A stretch of DNA of 64,000 nt from an uncultured Candidatus Saccharibacteria bacterium (lineage in GTDB: Bacteria > Patescibacteriota > Saccharimonadia > Saccharimonadales > JAGQNJ01): contig CAZBGZ010000001.1 in the NCBI GenBank assembly GCA_964491925.1, positions 64,701 through 128,700 on the forward strand. Direction: 5' to 3'. The position numbers were made by a program, and so were the translations under genes. The notes beneath the pieces are model-generated. The model did no database searches, was not told the origin of the DNA, and saw only the letters and a list, made by a program, of their open reading frames with translations. Positions 9,289 to 19,502 of this stretch are shown piece after piece. Numbering within the stretch: the stretch's first letter is position 1; each line of letters starts with the position of its first letter.

Positions 9289-9789
9289 TTACTCGTTATC
9301 TTCTTCTTCAGTTTCTGAAATATTAAACTGTTTCTTTAATTTTAGTCTATCAACCCCAACTTCCGAAACATCCACCATAAATCTACCTTTCAACGCTTTT
9401 CTACCAAGCAATACTGGGAACAAATTGTTCGCCCTATCTGCCAACGTAAACGGTGTAAAAAATATTTTCGAGCCAACTTTCAACTTTAGTTGTACCTCAT
9501 ATCTTTGTGCACGAACACCAAAAGAATTCTGCACCCAAACTTTTCCAAATTGTTCAGTTTCGAACTCAAACGAGTTCGGGTAAGTTTGGTGTCCAAGTAG
9601 ATTGCAAGTTAGTATTTTTTTACCATCTACAGACTTAATCTTGATATTATCCGCATGAATAGCAGACCTGAAAGCTCCTGAATCTATTTTTGCAGGAATA
9701 TCAGTAATATCTGGACTAATTATGTCAATTAGCTCAGACCTACCGATTAAAGCTTTTCTGTGAGGGCGTTTGTTCACCATGTTATTCAC
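9289..9789 (-). CDS. RimK-associated retropepsin-like protease (Zn_protease/DUF785, RimB-like)
   Basis: IPAKIDSGAFRSAIHA aspartic-protease D-S/T-G-A motif, length about 166 aa, immediately upstream of and co-oriented with rimK. Confidence 0.65.
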   Translation of the reverse strand: MNNMVNKRPHRKALIGRSELIDIISPDITDIPAKIDSGAFRSAIHADNIKIKSVDGKKILTCNLLGHQTYPNSFEFETEQFGKVWVQNSFGVRAQRYEVQLKLKVGSKIFFTPFTLADRANNLFPVLLGRKALKGRFMVDVSEVGVDRLKLKKQFNISETEEEDNE

Positions 9790-9858
9790 CTGGATTATAT
9801 AGTTAATAATTTAACAAAACCACTTTTATTTTAGCATAATTATGATATAATATCAACC

Positions 9859-11082
9859 ATGTCTTGTTTTTTAATAGTAGGCAAAAGTTTTAGTGGTTTA
9901 GAATCGAAAATTCGGGAACGCGGCGACTATTTTTTTGTTTTAAAAGACAATCCAAACAATTCTTACGTGACCAGAAAAAAGCCTGAAAATATCTACGTAG
10001 ACTTCTCTAATAAAACTGCTCTTGATAATATGGTCCGGTCTCTGCATCAGATAGACGGTGTAATTACAATTTATGAGAACTATATTGTTTCAGCTGCAAA
10101 AATAGCAAAGATGCTCAAGAAACCAGGCCTGACAATGGACTCTGCTATCGCCTGCTCGGACAAATATGAAATGCGAAGACGGATGAGTAAATCTAGTTTA
10201 AATCTGTGCCCTGATTTTGCAAGAGTAAAAAATATAAATGACATTGAAAAGTTTGCCACAAATCACCATTTTCCTCTGATTCTAAAGCCCACTAATCTTT
10301 CAAAAAGCTTATTAGTTACAAAAAATGACTCGCTTAGTCAACTACAAAATAACTACGAAAGGTCAATAAATTTAATTGGCAAAGCATATGCAAAATATGC
10401 CCCAGCATCGACACCTTCATTAATAATCGAGGAATTTCTGGAGGGCACAATACACTCTGTTGATGCCTTTATAGATAATAAGGGGGAACCAATCATACTA
10501 AAGCAAATCGTCGATTATCAAACTGGTCATGACATTGGACACGGCGACAACTTTCATTACAGTCGAAAGCTTCCGTCAACACTACCCCCAGAAAAACAAA
10601 AACAGTTAATTGAATGCGCCTATGCTGGGATTAAAGCACTGGAGATGAGAAACTCTGCTGCCCATGTAGAAATAATTATGACCGACAAGGGGCCAAAGAT
10701 TGTGGAAATCGGGGCACGAAACGGCGGCTATCGAGATAAAATGCATTTACTCGCTAACGGTATCGACGTGACCAGTGCTGCCCTGGACATTGCTGTTGGC
10801 ATAACGCCCGAGATAAATGCTACAAAAAATGAGCCTTGTGCTGTACTAGAAATTTTTCCGAAAAAAACTGGAAAATTTTATGGCATAACAAATGAAGACA
10901 AACTACGCTCACTGAAATCACTGGTTTACCTAAATATCAAGGCCAAGGAAGATCAAATCGTAGGCAAATCATCTGATGGTCACAAAATGTGTGCCGTTAT
11001 TATCTTGTATAACAGTGATAAAAAACAGTTTGCCAAAGATTTGTCTTTCGTAGACACTGAGGTCTCAGTAATTACAAAATAG
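9859..11082 (+). CDS. ATP-grasp domain protein (L-amino-acid ligase-like)
   Basis: FPLILKPTNLSKS, IIEEFLEGTIHSVDAF and HVEIIMTDKGPKIVEIGARNGG are ATP-grasp motifs. Divergent from rimK. Confidence 0.65.
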   Translation: MSCFLIVGKSFSGLESKIRERGDYFFVLKDNPNNSYVTRKKPENIYVDFSNKTALDNMVRSLHQIDGVITIYENYIVSAAKIAKMLKKPGLTMDSAIACSDKYEMRRRMSKSSLNLCPDFARVKNINDIEKFATNHHFPLILKPTNLSKSLLVTKNDSLSQLQNNYERSINLIGKAYAKYAPASTPSLIIEEFLEGTIHSVDAFIDNKGEPIILKQIVDYQTGHDIGHGDNFHYSRKLPSTLPPEKQKQLIECAYAGIKALEMRNSAAHVEIIMTDKGPKIVEIGARNGGYRDKMHLLANGIDVTSAALDIAVGITPEINATKNEPCAVLEIFPKKTGKFYGITNEDKLRSLKSLVYLNIKAKEDQIVGKSSDGHKMCAVIILYNSDKKQFAKDLSFVDTEVSVITK

Positions 11083-11288
11083 TTACTGTTAGCTCAGGAT
11101 TCAGCTCGCTTTGATAACCCTGAGATAGACCAACCCAATCACAAGAACCAATACAAGCAACAAGCCAACTATCATTGTTATGAAACCACTTTGGTCTTTG
11201 GACACGTTTTTCATTACCCTATTATAAACATAAGCGTAAGGCCAATGTTATATTGACTTTATCATACTTTTTATGCTATAATATACAT

Positions 11289-11921
11289 ATGTCTAATCCA
11301 GAATATCAAGAATTTGAACTGAAACGACACAGTGATCCGCCAATCGATAGCCATAAGGTCAGCGATGTTAGCCTTGTAATAGCGGCTCTTTTGGAAAGAA
11401 ATGCACAGCTCCAGGAAGCGGTGTCTAGAGATGATCTAACACAGTTGCCAAACAGAGCAGGCGCTCGATATGCGTTTGAAAGGCTAGAAATGGATAACGG
11501 CAGGGGCGTATTGGGAGTATTTGATCTAGATAGATTTAAAAGCGTTAACGACGGGCTAGGCCACGCAGTTGGAGATAAAGTCCTGATAAAAGCTGCCGAG
11601 GCGGCAACCAGCGCCTTAAGAACAGATGATATCGTAGCAAGGTTCGGTGGCGATGAGTTTATCGTGCTACTTCCCGATACCGACATGGCGGGCGCCGAAC
11701 TAGTAGGGACAAAAGTATGCTCTGCAATATCTGGGCTAAAGGAATCTGGTGAATTCGACTCGCCACTTCCTGATGATTTTGGGGCCACATTTGCTATCGC
11801 CCCTGTCCCGCTCGGGGGAACACTCGAAGAAAGCTTCGTAACAGCCGATTCACTACTCGTTTATACTAAAATGTACGGGCAGAGGGGTACAGTGGTAATG
11901 CCCCCTATTGAGACAAGCTAG
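11289..11921 (+). CDS. GGDEF-domain diguanylate cyclase
   Basis: DLTQLPNR, FDLDRFKSVNDGLGHAVGD and ARFGGDEFIVLL motifs. Start trimmed to MSNPEYQ. Confidence 0.8.
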   Translation: MSNPEYQEFELKRHSDPPIDSHKVSDVSLVIAALLERNAQLQEAVSRDDLTQLPNRAGARYAFERLEMDNGRGVLGVFDLDRFKSVNDGLGHAVGDKVLIKAAEAATSALRTDDIVARFGGDEFIVLLPDTDMAGAELVGTKVCSAISGLKESGEFDSPLPDDFGATFAIAPVPLGGTLEESFVTADSLLVYTKMYGQRGTVVMPPIETS

Positions 11922-11942
11922 ATTTTTTTACTCCGGGATAAC

Positions 11943-12602
11943 TTATAGCAAGGGGGAGCCTTCTTTGGGTGGGGCTGAGGTTTTTGCATCAAACAAGGGT
12001 TTTGCATCAATGACCACGCGGCCGTCAGCTTCGCCTTTTAGTGAACATGTATAGAGTGTCATTTTAGCTTCAGTTGTTTGTTTTTCTATCTCTACCGCAG
12101 TCCGGGCAACAGCGTAGTTTTTCGTTACTTCGTATTCATACCATTTTTTGTTATAAAAAACCTTAATTTTATCACCCGGCTGAACCTCGTTAAGGTTATA
12201 GAAAGGCGATTTTGCCCTTGTACCCTGCGGAGTTACGCCTAAATTAAATCTATGGGCACTAAGAATAAAGTTGCCACCTTTTTCTGGATTACCACGCTCT
12301 GGATATCGCCACCATGCACCTTTTTCTAAACTAGCTGGCGTATTTTCCTCAAAATAAGGGACTTCTAGGTTTAATTTTTCTATCTGTATTCGGTTTCGAA
12401 GATCTTTTGCATCATCAGATGTGTTGTAGTCGATTGGGGAACCAGGTAATTCTTTGACTTTTGGACTAAAAACAAGAACTAGTAGATATACGCCGACCAG
12501 AAACATTATTATAGAGACAACTAGTGCCACTATTTTCGGCCATCTTCGCGTCTTGATTGGCTTCTCGTTTGAAAGGGCTTTAATAGATGGGGCTGGTGAC
12601 AT
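11943..12602 (-). CDS. sortase family transpeptidase (class E-like)
   Basis: N-terminal TM, ILSAHR (catalytic His region) and TLYTCS (TLxTC catalytic Cys). Confidence 0.8.
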   Translation of the reverse strand: MSPAPSIKALSNEKPIKTRRWPKIVALVVSIIMFLVGVYLLVLVFSPKVKELPGSPIDYNTSDDAKDLRNRIQIEKLNLEVPYFEENTPASLEKGAWWRYPERGNPEKGGNFILSAHRFNLGVTPQGTRAKSPFYNLNEVQPGDKIKVFYNKKWYEYEVTKNYAVARTAVEIEKQTTEAKMTLYTCSLKGEADGRVVIDAKPLFDAKTSAPPKEGSPLL

Positions 12603-12644
12603 AGAACTTACATTGTATCAATTAGCCAGTTATTTATTCTAGTG

Positions 12645-13736
12645 CTAGAGACCGGTATTTTTTAATTCTTCGAGTAATTGTTTTTGTTTATGACTTAGTC
12701 TGTGGGGTGTATCTACAATTATTGTAACGATGTGAGAGCCACGGGTTTTAGACCGTATATGTGGAACACCGTGCTCAGACAGTTTGAAGTCAGTCCCACT
12801 CTGTGTACCAGCAGGGACTTTCATGGTTATAGGCCCATCAACAGTATCCACTTCAATTTCTGTGCCAAGTGTTGCTCCTATCAAACCTACATGCTCTTCC
12901 GATAGTATTATGTCGTCTTCGCGGGTAAAGTGCTTGTGGGCTTTTACTCGGACATTCACGTACAAGTCACCTTTTTGCCCCCGCGCAATTGCTTCGCCAC
13001 GCTCTTTCAAACGGATAGTTGCACCGTCATCAATCCCAGCCGGAATTTTCAACTTTACTTGTTGCTTTTGTCTGGTAACACCCTTGCCTTTGCAGACGCT
13101 GCAAACTTTTTCTGGTATTTTCCCAGTGCCCTTACATTCGTTGCAAACATTTGCTTGCTGAATATTGCCAAATACTGTTCGCATCACACGTGTTACCTGT
13201 CCAGAGCCCTGGCAGGTGGGGCAGGTCTTGAGTTCATAACCAGGTTCGACTGTACCGCCCTCGCAATGTTCACATGACGCGTTAAGCTGCATGTTTAAGT
13301 CAATCTCTGTGCCAAAGACTGCTTGTTCAAATGATAGTTCAATTTGGGTTTGGACATCGTTACCGCGACGTTCGCGTTGCCCGCGTGCTTGCTGGTGACC
13401 ACCACCAAAAAAGTCGCCAAATATATCGCCTAGGCCTAGATCACCGAAGTCAAAGTTTATATTTTGTCCTTGCCCGCCATACCCGCCTCCAGCAAACGGA
13501 TTACCATCACTAGCTGCACTAGACCCAACTCCAGCATGACCAAACTGATCATACCTCTGTCGTTTGCTGGGATCTTTTAGTACTTCATACGCTTCGTTAA
13601 TTTCCTTGAACTTTGCCTCGTCACCACCTTTGTCTGGATGATGCTCGACAGCAGCCCTGCGAAAAGCTTTCTTTAGCTCATCTGCGCTAGCATTTTTGCC
13701 TACTCCCAATATCTCGTAATAATCCCTCTTTGCCAT
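12645..13736 (-). CDS. dnaJ: molecular chaperone DnaJ
   Basis: J domain (DYYEILGV...HPDK), G/F-rich region and four CxxCxGxG zinc-finger repeats. Confidence 0.95.
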   Translation of the reverse strand: MAKRDYYEILGVGKNASADELKKAFRRAAVEHHPDKGGDEAKFKEINEAYEVLKDPSKRQRYDQFGHAGVGSSAASDGNPFAGGGYGGQGQNINFDFGDLGLGDIFGDFFGGGHQQARGQRERRGNDVQTQIELSFEQAVFGTEIDLNMQLNASCEHCEGGTVEPGYELKTCPTCQGSGQVTRVMRTVFGNIQQANVCNECKGTGKIPEKVCSVCKGKGVTRQKQQVKLKIPAGIDDGATIRLKERGEAIARGQKGDLYVNVRVKAHKHFTREDDIILSEEHVGLIGATLGTEIEVDTVDGPITMKVPAGTQSGTDFKLSEHGVPHIRSKTRGSHIVTIIVDTPHRLSHKQKQLLEELKNTGL

Positions 13737-13743
13737 TTATATC

Positions 13744-14337
13744 CTAACCAAAATAATAGTCTTGGAATTTAAGTAAATACATGGCCAGCATCACAGTATA
13801 GACAACCACAATGATATTTATGTGGTTTTTCTGAACAAATGAACCGGCTTTCTGCAACGATTTATTTTTTGTAGCTACACTCCAATTTGCAAATGAATAA
13901 ACAAAAATAGGGATACTCACTACCCACCCAACAACACAAAATATACAAATTTTATTGATGATGTATAAGCTGACACTGAAGAACCAAACACTAAACCCTA
14001 ACAATATTGTGCTTAGAATCATGACAATATTCCTGTAAGCCTTATCAGGCTTTGTGCCGACCAACATAAACAAACCACTCAGAGACAACATGGCAAACAC
14101 TATCATCCCAATAAATGCGTTCGGGAATCCAAATAATGCAGATAGTTTATTGCCTAGCACCGTACCGCAATCAATAATGGGGTTTAGGTTGCAATTGAGG
14201 ATCACCCCAGGGTTTTTTAGCATTGCAATCCGTTCGCTAGCCTGCCAAGTCATGGCAACCATGCCTGCAAAACCACCAAGTGATAGAACCCAAGCCCATA
14301 TTCTTGGTGTTGTTGAAGAATTTTTCATATTACCCAA
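13744..14337 (-). CDS. vitamin K epoxide reductase (VKOR) family membrane protein
   Basis: 4-5 TM helices, loop cysteines CNLNPIIDC and a CIFC (CxxC) motif in a TM helix. Confidence 0.7.
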   Translation of the reverse strand: MGNMKNSSTTPRIWAWVLSLGGFAGMVAMTWQASERIAMLKNPGVILNCNLNPIIDCGTVLGNKLSALFGFPNAFIGMIVFAMLSLSGLFMLVGTKPDKAYRNIVMILSTILLGFSVWFFSVSLYIINKICIFCVVGWVVSIPIFVYSFANWSVATKNKSLQKAGSFVQKNHINIIVVVYTVMLAMYLLKFQDYYFG

Positions 14338-14345
14338 TCTTTCTT

Positions 14346-14528
14346 TTATTGTTCTTGTGTACTCGTCACCAAAATCACATTCGCATCAATGCATGGAGAA
14401 CAGCTCACAACAGCCTCTGATCCACAATATTTCGCGATAGCATCTTGCCTAGACCGAGCAGCAGCTTCCATTGAATCTATCAGTCCAAACCGTTCAGCTA
14501 CTAACTCTAGTCTATCAAGGAATCGCAT
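14346..14528 (-). CDS. hypothetical small protein
   Basis: 60-aa ORF filling the gap between dnaK and the VKOR gene on the same strand. No motif recognised. Confidence 0.3.
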   Translation of the reverse strand: MRFLDRLELVAERFGLIDSMEAAARSRQDAIAKYCGSEAVVSCSPCIDANVILVTSTQEQ

Positions 14529-16436
14529 CTAGTCCTCTTTTTTGTCGTCTACTACTTCGCCTTCTACTGGTTCGTCTTTGTCTTTTGGCTTCTCGTCTGA
14601 ATCATTATCTTCAGCTTTTTCGTCTTTTGCTGTTTGCTCATACATCTTTGCGCCGATTGGCATGATTTTGTCAGTTAGCTCCTTGGCGGCTTTTTCAATT
14701 TCTTCTTTATCGGCTTTTTCGTCAGCTAGTACTTTTTTGGCAACTTCTACTGCTTCATCCAACGTCTTTACGTCTTCTTCGGATAGTTTTTCCTTGTTGT
14801 CGTTCTTCATTTTCTCAGCCTGATAGACCGCGCTATCTAATTGGTTACGTACTTCGATTGCCTCTAGCTTTTTCTTGTCTTCCTCGGCGTGTGCCTCGGC
14901 ATCCTTGGCGGCTTTTTCAATTTCTTCCTTGTTAAGGTTGCCACTGTTCTGAATAGTAATACTCTGTTCTTTACCAGAACCTTTGTCCTTGGCGCTAACA
15001 TTCAAAATACCGTTAGCGTCGATATTAAATGTCACTTCAATTTGCGGTACACCGCGAGGCGCAGAAGGGATGCCGTCTAGCACAAATCGTCCCAATGACT
15101 TATTGTCAGCGACCATTTCCCGCTCACCCTGCACCACATGTATTTCTACTTGTGGCTGGTTGTCTGCAGCAGTACTAAATGTTTCGCTCTTAGATGTTGG
15201 TACGGTTGTGTTGCGCTCGATTAGTTTTGTAGCAACTCCTCCAAGTGTTTCGATCCCAAGACTTAACGGGGTTACGTCTAGCAATAAAACATCCTTGACG
15301 TCACCCTGCAATACTCCACCCTGAATGGCGGCACCAACGGCCACAACTTCATCAGGGTTAACACCTTTCAAGGGCTCTTTGCCAAAAATTTCTTTTACTT
15401 TTTCTATAACAGCCGGCATTCGGGTCATACCGCCCACTAGGATTACCTGGTTAATATCCTTGGCATCTAGCTTTGCGTCCTTTAGCGCTTTTTTGCATGG
15501 TTCGGCAGTTTTATTAATGTAGTCCTGGACTAGATCAACAAGTTTTGCGCGTGTTAGTTTATACTCGAAGTGCTTTGGTCCCTCTGCGTCAGCAGTTAGG
15601 AAAGGCAAGTTAATGTCAGCGACTTCTGTGGTAGACAGCTCTTTCTTGGCTTTTTCGGCTTCTTCTTTTAGGCGCTGCATAGCGGCTTTGTCTTTTTTGA
15701 CATCAATCCCGGACTCTTTTTTAAACTCGTCGACAAAGTGGTTGACGATCTTCAGGTCAAAGTCCTCTCCACCCAAGTGAGTATCACCATTTGTTGACAA
15801 CACCTCGAATACGCCATCACCTAATTGCAAGATAGAAACGTCAAATGTTCCCCCACCCAGATCAAATACTGCGACTTTTTCTTCTTTTTTCTGGTCTAAT
15901 CCATAAGCTAGCGCAGCTGCGGTCGGCTCGTTAATTATTCGTTTTACTTCTAGTCCAGCAATTTTACCAGCATCTTTCGTTGCTTGGCGCTGAGAATCAT
16001 CAAAGTAGGCGGGTACCGTTATGACTGCTTCTGTCACTGGCTCACCCAGGAATTTTTCGGCATCAGCTTTTAGTTTGCCTAGAATCATAGCACTAACTTC
16101 TTCTGCGCTGTATTCCTTGTCGCCCATTTTAACCTTAACGCCAGTACCACTCTTCACAATTTCGTATGGCATTAGTTCGATGTCTTTTTGCACTTCTTTG
16201 TCAGAAAATTTACGACCTATGAGGCGCTTGATTCCAAAAATTGTGTTTGTTGGGTTGGTTACGCGTTGACGGTTTGCAACCTGGCCAACTAGTCTTTCGC
16301 CATTTTTATTAATTGCTACGACTGATGGCGTAGTACGATTGCCTTCTGTGTTGGCAATAATTTCTGGCTTTCCAGACTGCATAACAGCCATTGCGCTGTT
16401 AGTTGTTCCTAAATCGATTCCTATTATTTTTCCCAT
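14529..16436 (-). CDS. dnaK: molecular chaperone DnaK (Hsp70)
   Basis: [17 protein letters not shown] and [11 protein letters not shown] signatures, 635 aa, acidic C-terminal tail. Confidence 0.97.
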   Translation of the reverse strand: MGKIIGIDLGTTNSAMAVMQSGKPEIIANTEGNRTTPSVVAINKNGERLVGQVANRQRVTNPTNTIFGIKRLIGRKFSDKEVQKDIELMPYEIVKSGTGVKVKMGDKEYSAEEVSAMILGKLKADAEKFLGEPVTEAVITVPAYFDDSQRQATKDAGKIAGLEVKRIINEPTAAALAYGLDQKKEEKVAVFDLGGGTFDVSILQLGDGVFEVLSTNGDTHLGGEDFDLKIVNHFVDEFKKESGIDVKKDKAAMQRLKEEAEKAKKELSTTEVADINLPFLTADAEGPKHFEYKLTRAKLVDLVQDYINKTAEPCKKALKDAKLDAKDINQVILVGGMTRMPAVIEKVKEIFGKEPLKGVNPDEVVAVGAAIQGGVLQGDVKDVLLLDVTPLSLGIETLGGVATKLIERNTTVPTSKSETFSTAADNQPQVEIHVVQGEREMVADNKSLGRFVLDGIPSAPRGVPQIEVTFNIDANGILNVSAKDKGSGKEQSITIQNSGNLNKEEIEKAAKDAEAHAEEDKKKLEAIEVRNQLDSAVYQAEKMKNDNKEKLSEEDVKTLDEAVEVAKKVLADEKADKEEIEKAAKELTDKIMPIGAKMYEQTAKDEKAEDNDSDEKPKDKDEPVEGEVVDDKKED

Positions 16437-16450
16437 AATTTATCTCCTTT

Positions 16451-16654
16451 TTATCCTTCTAAATATTGTTCAGGTGGAATACCCAAGTCAGCTGCTGCAT
16501 CATAGGCCGTCGGCCCTGTATATACGTCCGGTACATCAGTTACAGATAGGTCGTCAACCCCGACACCTGGCAAAACACCACCAGTTTGTTCGAGAATTTC
16601 CATTTCTCTTGCCCTGGCTTCGGGTTGTCCATCATCCCTTTTTTGCTTGTCCAT
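16451..16654 (-). CDS. hypothetical acidic small protein
   Basis: 67-aa ORF between grpE and dnaK on the same strand. No motif recognised. Confidence 0.35.
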   Translation of the reverse strand: MDKQKRDDGQPEARAREMEILEQTGGVLPGVGVDDLSVTDVPDVYTGPTAYDAAADLGIPPEQYLEG

Positions 16655-16670
16655 TTCAGTTCCTCCTTAT

Positions 16671-16937
16671 TTAATGTGATAATGATTTTAAATGATCAGT
16701 GTAAAATTGCCCTGGGTCTCTTGCATGAGCAGCAACTCGGTCATCTCGCTCCTGCCTGGTAATCCACCGCCCAAAAACTAGTTTAAGATTGTCTAGATGT
16801 AAAGCGGGCCCATTGGCCATCTCAATAACCTGAACCCCGTCATCTTTGCACTCATCGACTCGCGCTCGGTAATGTGCAATGACGACATGTTGATTGGGGT
16901 CAACCTCACTAATGCCTGGGATTATTTCTGCAGTCAT
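16671..16937 (-). CDS. hypothetical protein, translationally coupled to grpE
   Basis: 88-aa ORF whose start overlaps the grpE stop (ATGA at 16934-16937). No motif recognised. Confidence 0.45.
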   Translation of the reverse strand: MTAEIIPGISEVDPNQHVVIAHYRARVDECKDDGVQVIEMANGPALHLDNLKLVFGRWITRQERDDRVAAHARDPGQFYTDHLKSLSH

Positions 16938-17425
16938 TTCGGCTCCTTCTTAACTTTTACCATCGCGTGTCTGATGACATTTTCACCAAGACGATAACCA
17001 GGTTGAAGCTCCTCGCAAATAACTTCAACCTCGCCATCACCGTCCTCCACCCCAACTGCCTCATGGAGGTTAGGATCAAAGTGTTCTCCGGTTGTTTTTA
17101 TGCGCTCAACGCCCATTTGTTTGAGTGTATCCTCGAACTGCTTTACAACCCCACCAACACCCCTTACGTAATCATTGTTCGCTAAATCCTTTGGTACATG
17201 CTTTAGCGCACGTTCGAAGTTATCTATAACCGGCAACAAATCTTCAATTATCTGCGTCTTTACCAGGCTCTTTAGTCCAGTTATTTGCTCTTCGTGACGC
17301 CTACGAATATTTGTTGCGTCAGCGCGTTCACGCATTAATGCGTCTGTAAGCTCTGTGACCTGCTGTTCTAATTCTTGAACTCTGCTGGGGGTTCTCGGGA
17401 TTTTTGGACTAATCGGTTTACTCAT
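16934..17425 (-). CDS. grpE: nucleotide exchange factor GrpE
   Basis: Coiled-coil N-terminus, LLPVIDNFERAL and FDPNLHEAV motifs. Confidence 0.9.
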   Translation of the reverse strand: MSKPISPKIPRTPSRVQELEQQVTELTDALMRERADATNIRRRHEEQITGLKSLVKTQIIEDLLPVIDNFERALKHVPKDLANNDYVRGVGGVVKQFEDTLKQMGVERIKTTGEHFDPNLHEAVGVEDGDGEVEVICEELQPGYRLGENVIRHAMVKVKKEPK

Positions 17426-18125
17426 ACAGTGCCTCCTCTAACGCTTCGCCCGTTCTTTGAACTAACCCGATGACGCCTCTGTAACTTTGCCTGGTTGGGC
17501 CAAGAACTCCGATATAGCTATGGTCAGAATATGGGCTGCGAAAACGACTAATAATTAGGCTACACCCAGCTGAAGACCCGATTGGGTTTTCCCGGCCAAT
17601 ATATACGTTCATGGGCTCGTTTGGTGCGGCTTCGCGCAACCATGGTTGTAGATTATCTAGTAATTGCGCCACTTCACGAACCTGTCCTGGCTGCATAAAC
17701 TCTGGCTGCCCAAACAAGTTGCCAAGCCCACTCATGTACAGCTGATCTCCGATTGTTGCCAGCCCCAAATTGCTCGTCAAATCCACAAGTGTTTCAACAG
17801 CGTTACGAATCGTCTGTTCGTTAGCGCCGGCATTATTAACCCTAGCGGACAGCGCTCTTTGCTCTCGTTTGGACGGCTGAACTTCTTTTTGGCCCTGAAT
17901 CTCGTTAACATAGTGACGATATCCTTTGTCAGTAGGAATGCGTCCTGCAGAAGTATGCGGTTGTTTTATATAGCCTTTTCGTTCTAGTTCTGCCATTTCA
18001 GCACGAACAGTAGCCGAAGAAACGCCAAAGGCTTTTGTTAGCAGGCTAGAGCCAACTGGGCTAGCAACCTCTGCATATTGTTCGATAATTGCGGCTAGTA
18101 ATTTTTCTTGTCTATCTGTTAGCAT
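17418..18125 (-). CDS. hrcA: heat-inducible transcriptional repressor HrcA (short form)
   Basis: MLTDRQEKLLAAIIEQY...VGS..L....GVSSATVRAEMAELERKGYI..PHTSAGRIPTDKGYRHYV. Start trimmed to 18125 so that the CIRCE operator lies upstream. Confidence 0.85.
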   Translation of the reverse strand: MLTDRQEKLLAAIIEQYAEVASPVGSSLLTKAFGVSSATVRAEMAELERKGYIKQPHTSAGRIPTDKGYRHYVNEIQGQKEVQPSKREQRALSARVNNAGANEQTIRNAVETLVDLTSNLGLATIGDQLYMSGLGNLFGQPEFMQPGQVREVAQLLDNLQPWLREAAPNEPMNVYIGRENPIGSSAGCSLIISRFRSPYSDHSYIGVLGPTRQSYRGVIGLVQRTGEALEEALYE

Positions 18126-18136
18126 AATTTTATAAA

Positions 18137-18161
18137 TAGCACTCATTAAGTAATAGTGCTA
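18137..18161. promoter_or_regulatory. CIRCE-like HrcA operator 1
   Basis: TAGCACTC-N9-TAGTGCTA inverted repeat, compared with the consensus TTAGCACTC-N9-GAGTGCTAA. Confidence 0.75.
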
Positions 18162-18171
18162 GTTTATCTAA

Positions 18172-18198
18172 TTGGCAGTCTCATGTCAAGAGTGCCAA
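18172..18198. promoter_or_regulatory. CIRCE-like HrcA operator 2
   Basis: TTGGCAGTC-N9-GAGTGCCAA inverted repeat, 10 nt from operator 1. Confidence 0.65.
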
Positions 18199-18222
18199 TT
18201 TAGTCTCTTATGCGATGTTCTT

Positions 18223-18717
18223 TTATGCTCTAGCCTCTGCATGAACGAGAGCACTAGGCAATGCTGCAACCGAAAGAGCTCTTGCAACATGTAGCGGGGA
18301 CAGCTCGCCTACGACAAGTGTATCATTCGCACGGTCTGCATGTTTGTCTGTCTCAAGACGTCCCATTGGATCCATGCCAAAACGTTCTACGACATGCAAG
18401 TCATCCCTGGCCGTCGGCACAACACTTTCTGCAACAATTCGTGGCGATATAGCCCTATAATCAACTCTTACTGCCTTTTTTAGGGGCCAAATAAGGTTTG
18501 CATGAGCCCTAAAACCATCTTTACTAAATTCTACATATCCAAATGATCCAAAAACTGACTTTGTTTGGTGTGCTTTGTTAACCCCATCCGTTTCCCGCCT
18601 CATCACCCTGGTTACTAAATCGTCTAATTTTAGCCACCATGCATAATTAACTACTTCTAAACCTTGTCTTTCTGCTCGAAAAAACTCACCTTCTATTGCT
18701 TCTAATGCCATTTTCAC
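18223..18717 (-). CDS. hypothetical protein
   Basis: 164-aa ORF with no motif recognised. Its 3' half looks more G+C-rich than its surroundings. Confidence 0.45.
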   Translation of the reverse strand: MKMALEAIEGEFFRAERQGLEVVNYAWWLKLDDLVTRVMRRETDGVNKAHQTKSVFGSFGYVEFSKDGFRAHANLIWPLKKAVRVDYRAISPRIVAESVVPTARDDLHVVERFGMDPMGRLETDKHADRANDTLVVGELSPLHVARALSVAALPSALVHAEARA

Positions 18718-18770
18718 TCCTTATAAAATCAACTATAATTTGTTTTTATAGATTTGCAAGCTTATGCGTT

Positions 18771-19499
18771 TTATGATAAGGATTTCTCCATATCAACCAT
18801 TAGTTGTTGGGCGAGATTTTTAGCTTTTTGTTGATTTTTATTATTAACTTCACCAGACTTAGCTATTTTTTCAACCACTTGCACTGTTTCTTTTAAATCA
18901 TCGTTTATTACGAAGATGTAATGATCTGTATTCAATGCAATATTTAATTCATTTTGCGCAGACTTCAAACGACGTTTATATTCTGTTTTGCTCATTTTGC
19001 CCCTAGATGTAATCCGTCTCTTCCATTCGCTAAAACTTGGCGGCAAGAAAAATAAGCAAATAGCGTCTGGTTTGACTTTTATAACATTTTCAACCCCCAC
19101 AACCTCAATATCGCCAATGGCAATCTTTCCATCAGTCGATGCTATCTCTATTTCTCGCAGACTCATGCCAGAAACTTGTTGTTCGTGAATAATTGCCGCT
19201 TCGACTAACTTTCCGGCTTTTATGTCTGCTAACATCTCTGACTCGCTACGGAACCAATATTCTCGACCGTTTTGCTCTGGGACTCCGTCGTTAACACGTG
19301 GCTTTCTGGTAGTGTCTGATACAACAAAGTGATAGTGTTCAGTCTTTAATAACTCGCGGATTATAGTGTTGCGGCCAGTAGCAGATGGTGCGGTGAATAA
19401 TACTAATTTGTTTCTAGCCAATATAGTCTTGGCGTAGTCTGATATACGATAGTTTTTTAACGCTTTCTGAAAAGCCGGAAGTTGTTTTAGTTCATTCAT
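18771..19499 (-). CDS. guanylate kinase-like protein with N- and C-terminal extensions
   Basis: P-loop-like APSATGRNT and the SDTTRKPR...G.EYWF....F...I..G.L.E pattern typical of Gmk. Confidence 0.55.
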   Translation of the reverse strand: MNELKQLPAFQKALKNYRISDYAKTILARNKLVLFTAPSATGRNTIIRELLKTEHYHFVVSDTTRKPRVNDGVPEQNGREYWFRSESEMLADIKAGKLVEAAIIHEQQVSGMSLREIEIASTDGKIAIGDIEVVGVENVIKVKPDAICLFFLPPSFSEWKRRITSRGKMSKTEYKRRLKSAQNELNIALNTDHYIFVINDDLKETVQVVEKIAKSGEVNNKNQQKAKNLAQQLMVDMEKSLS

Positions 19500-19502
19500 A
19501 CT

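Noticed and set aside
14542-16674. Numerous plus-strand ORFs (60-113 aa) inside dnaK; similar ones occur inside ftsH, lepA, murJ, guaA and the histidine kinase gene
   Set aside because: These are shadow ORFs antisense to long, confidently identified genes, with Ser/Leu/Pro-rich products typical of antisense frames.
16451-16937. The pair of small ORFs between grpE and dnaK, considered as a toxin-antitoxin module
   Set aside because: No recognisable toxin or antitoxin motifs are present. The ORFs are separated by 16 bp rather than overlapping. One is translationally coupled to grpE, which fits operon membership better.
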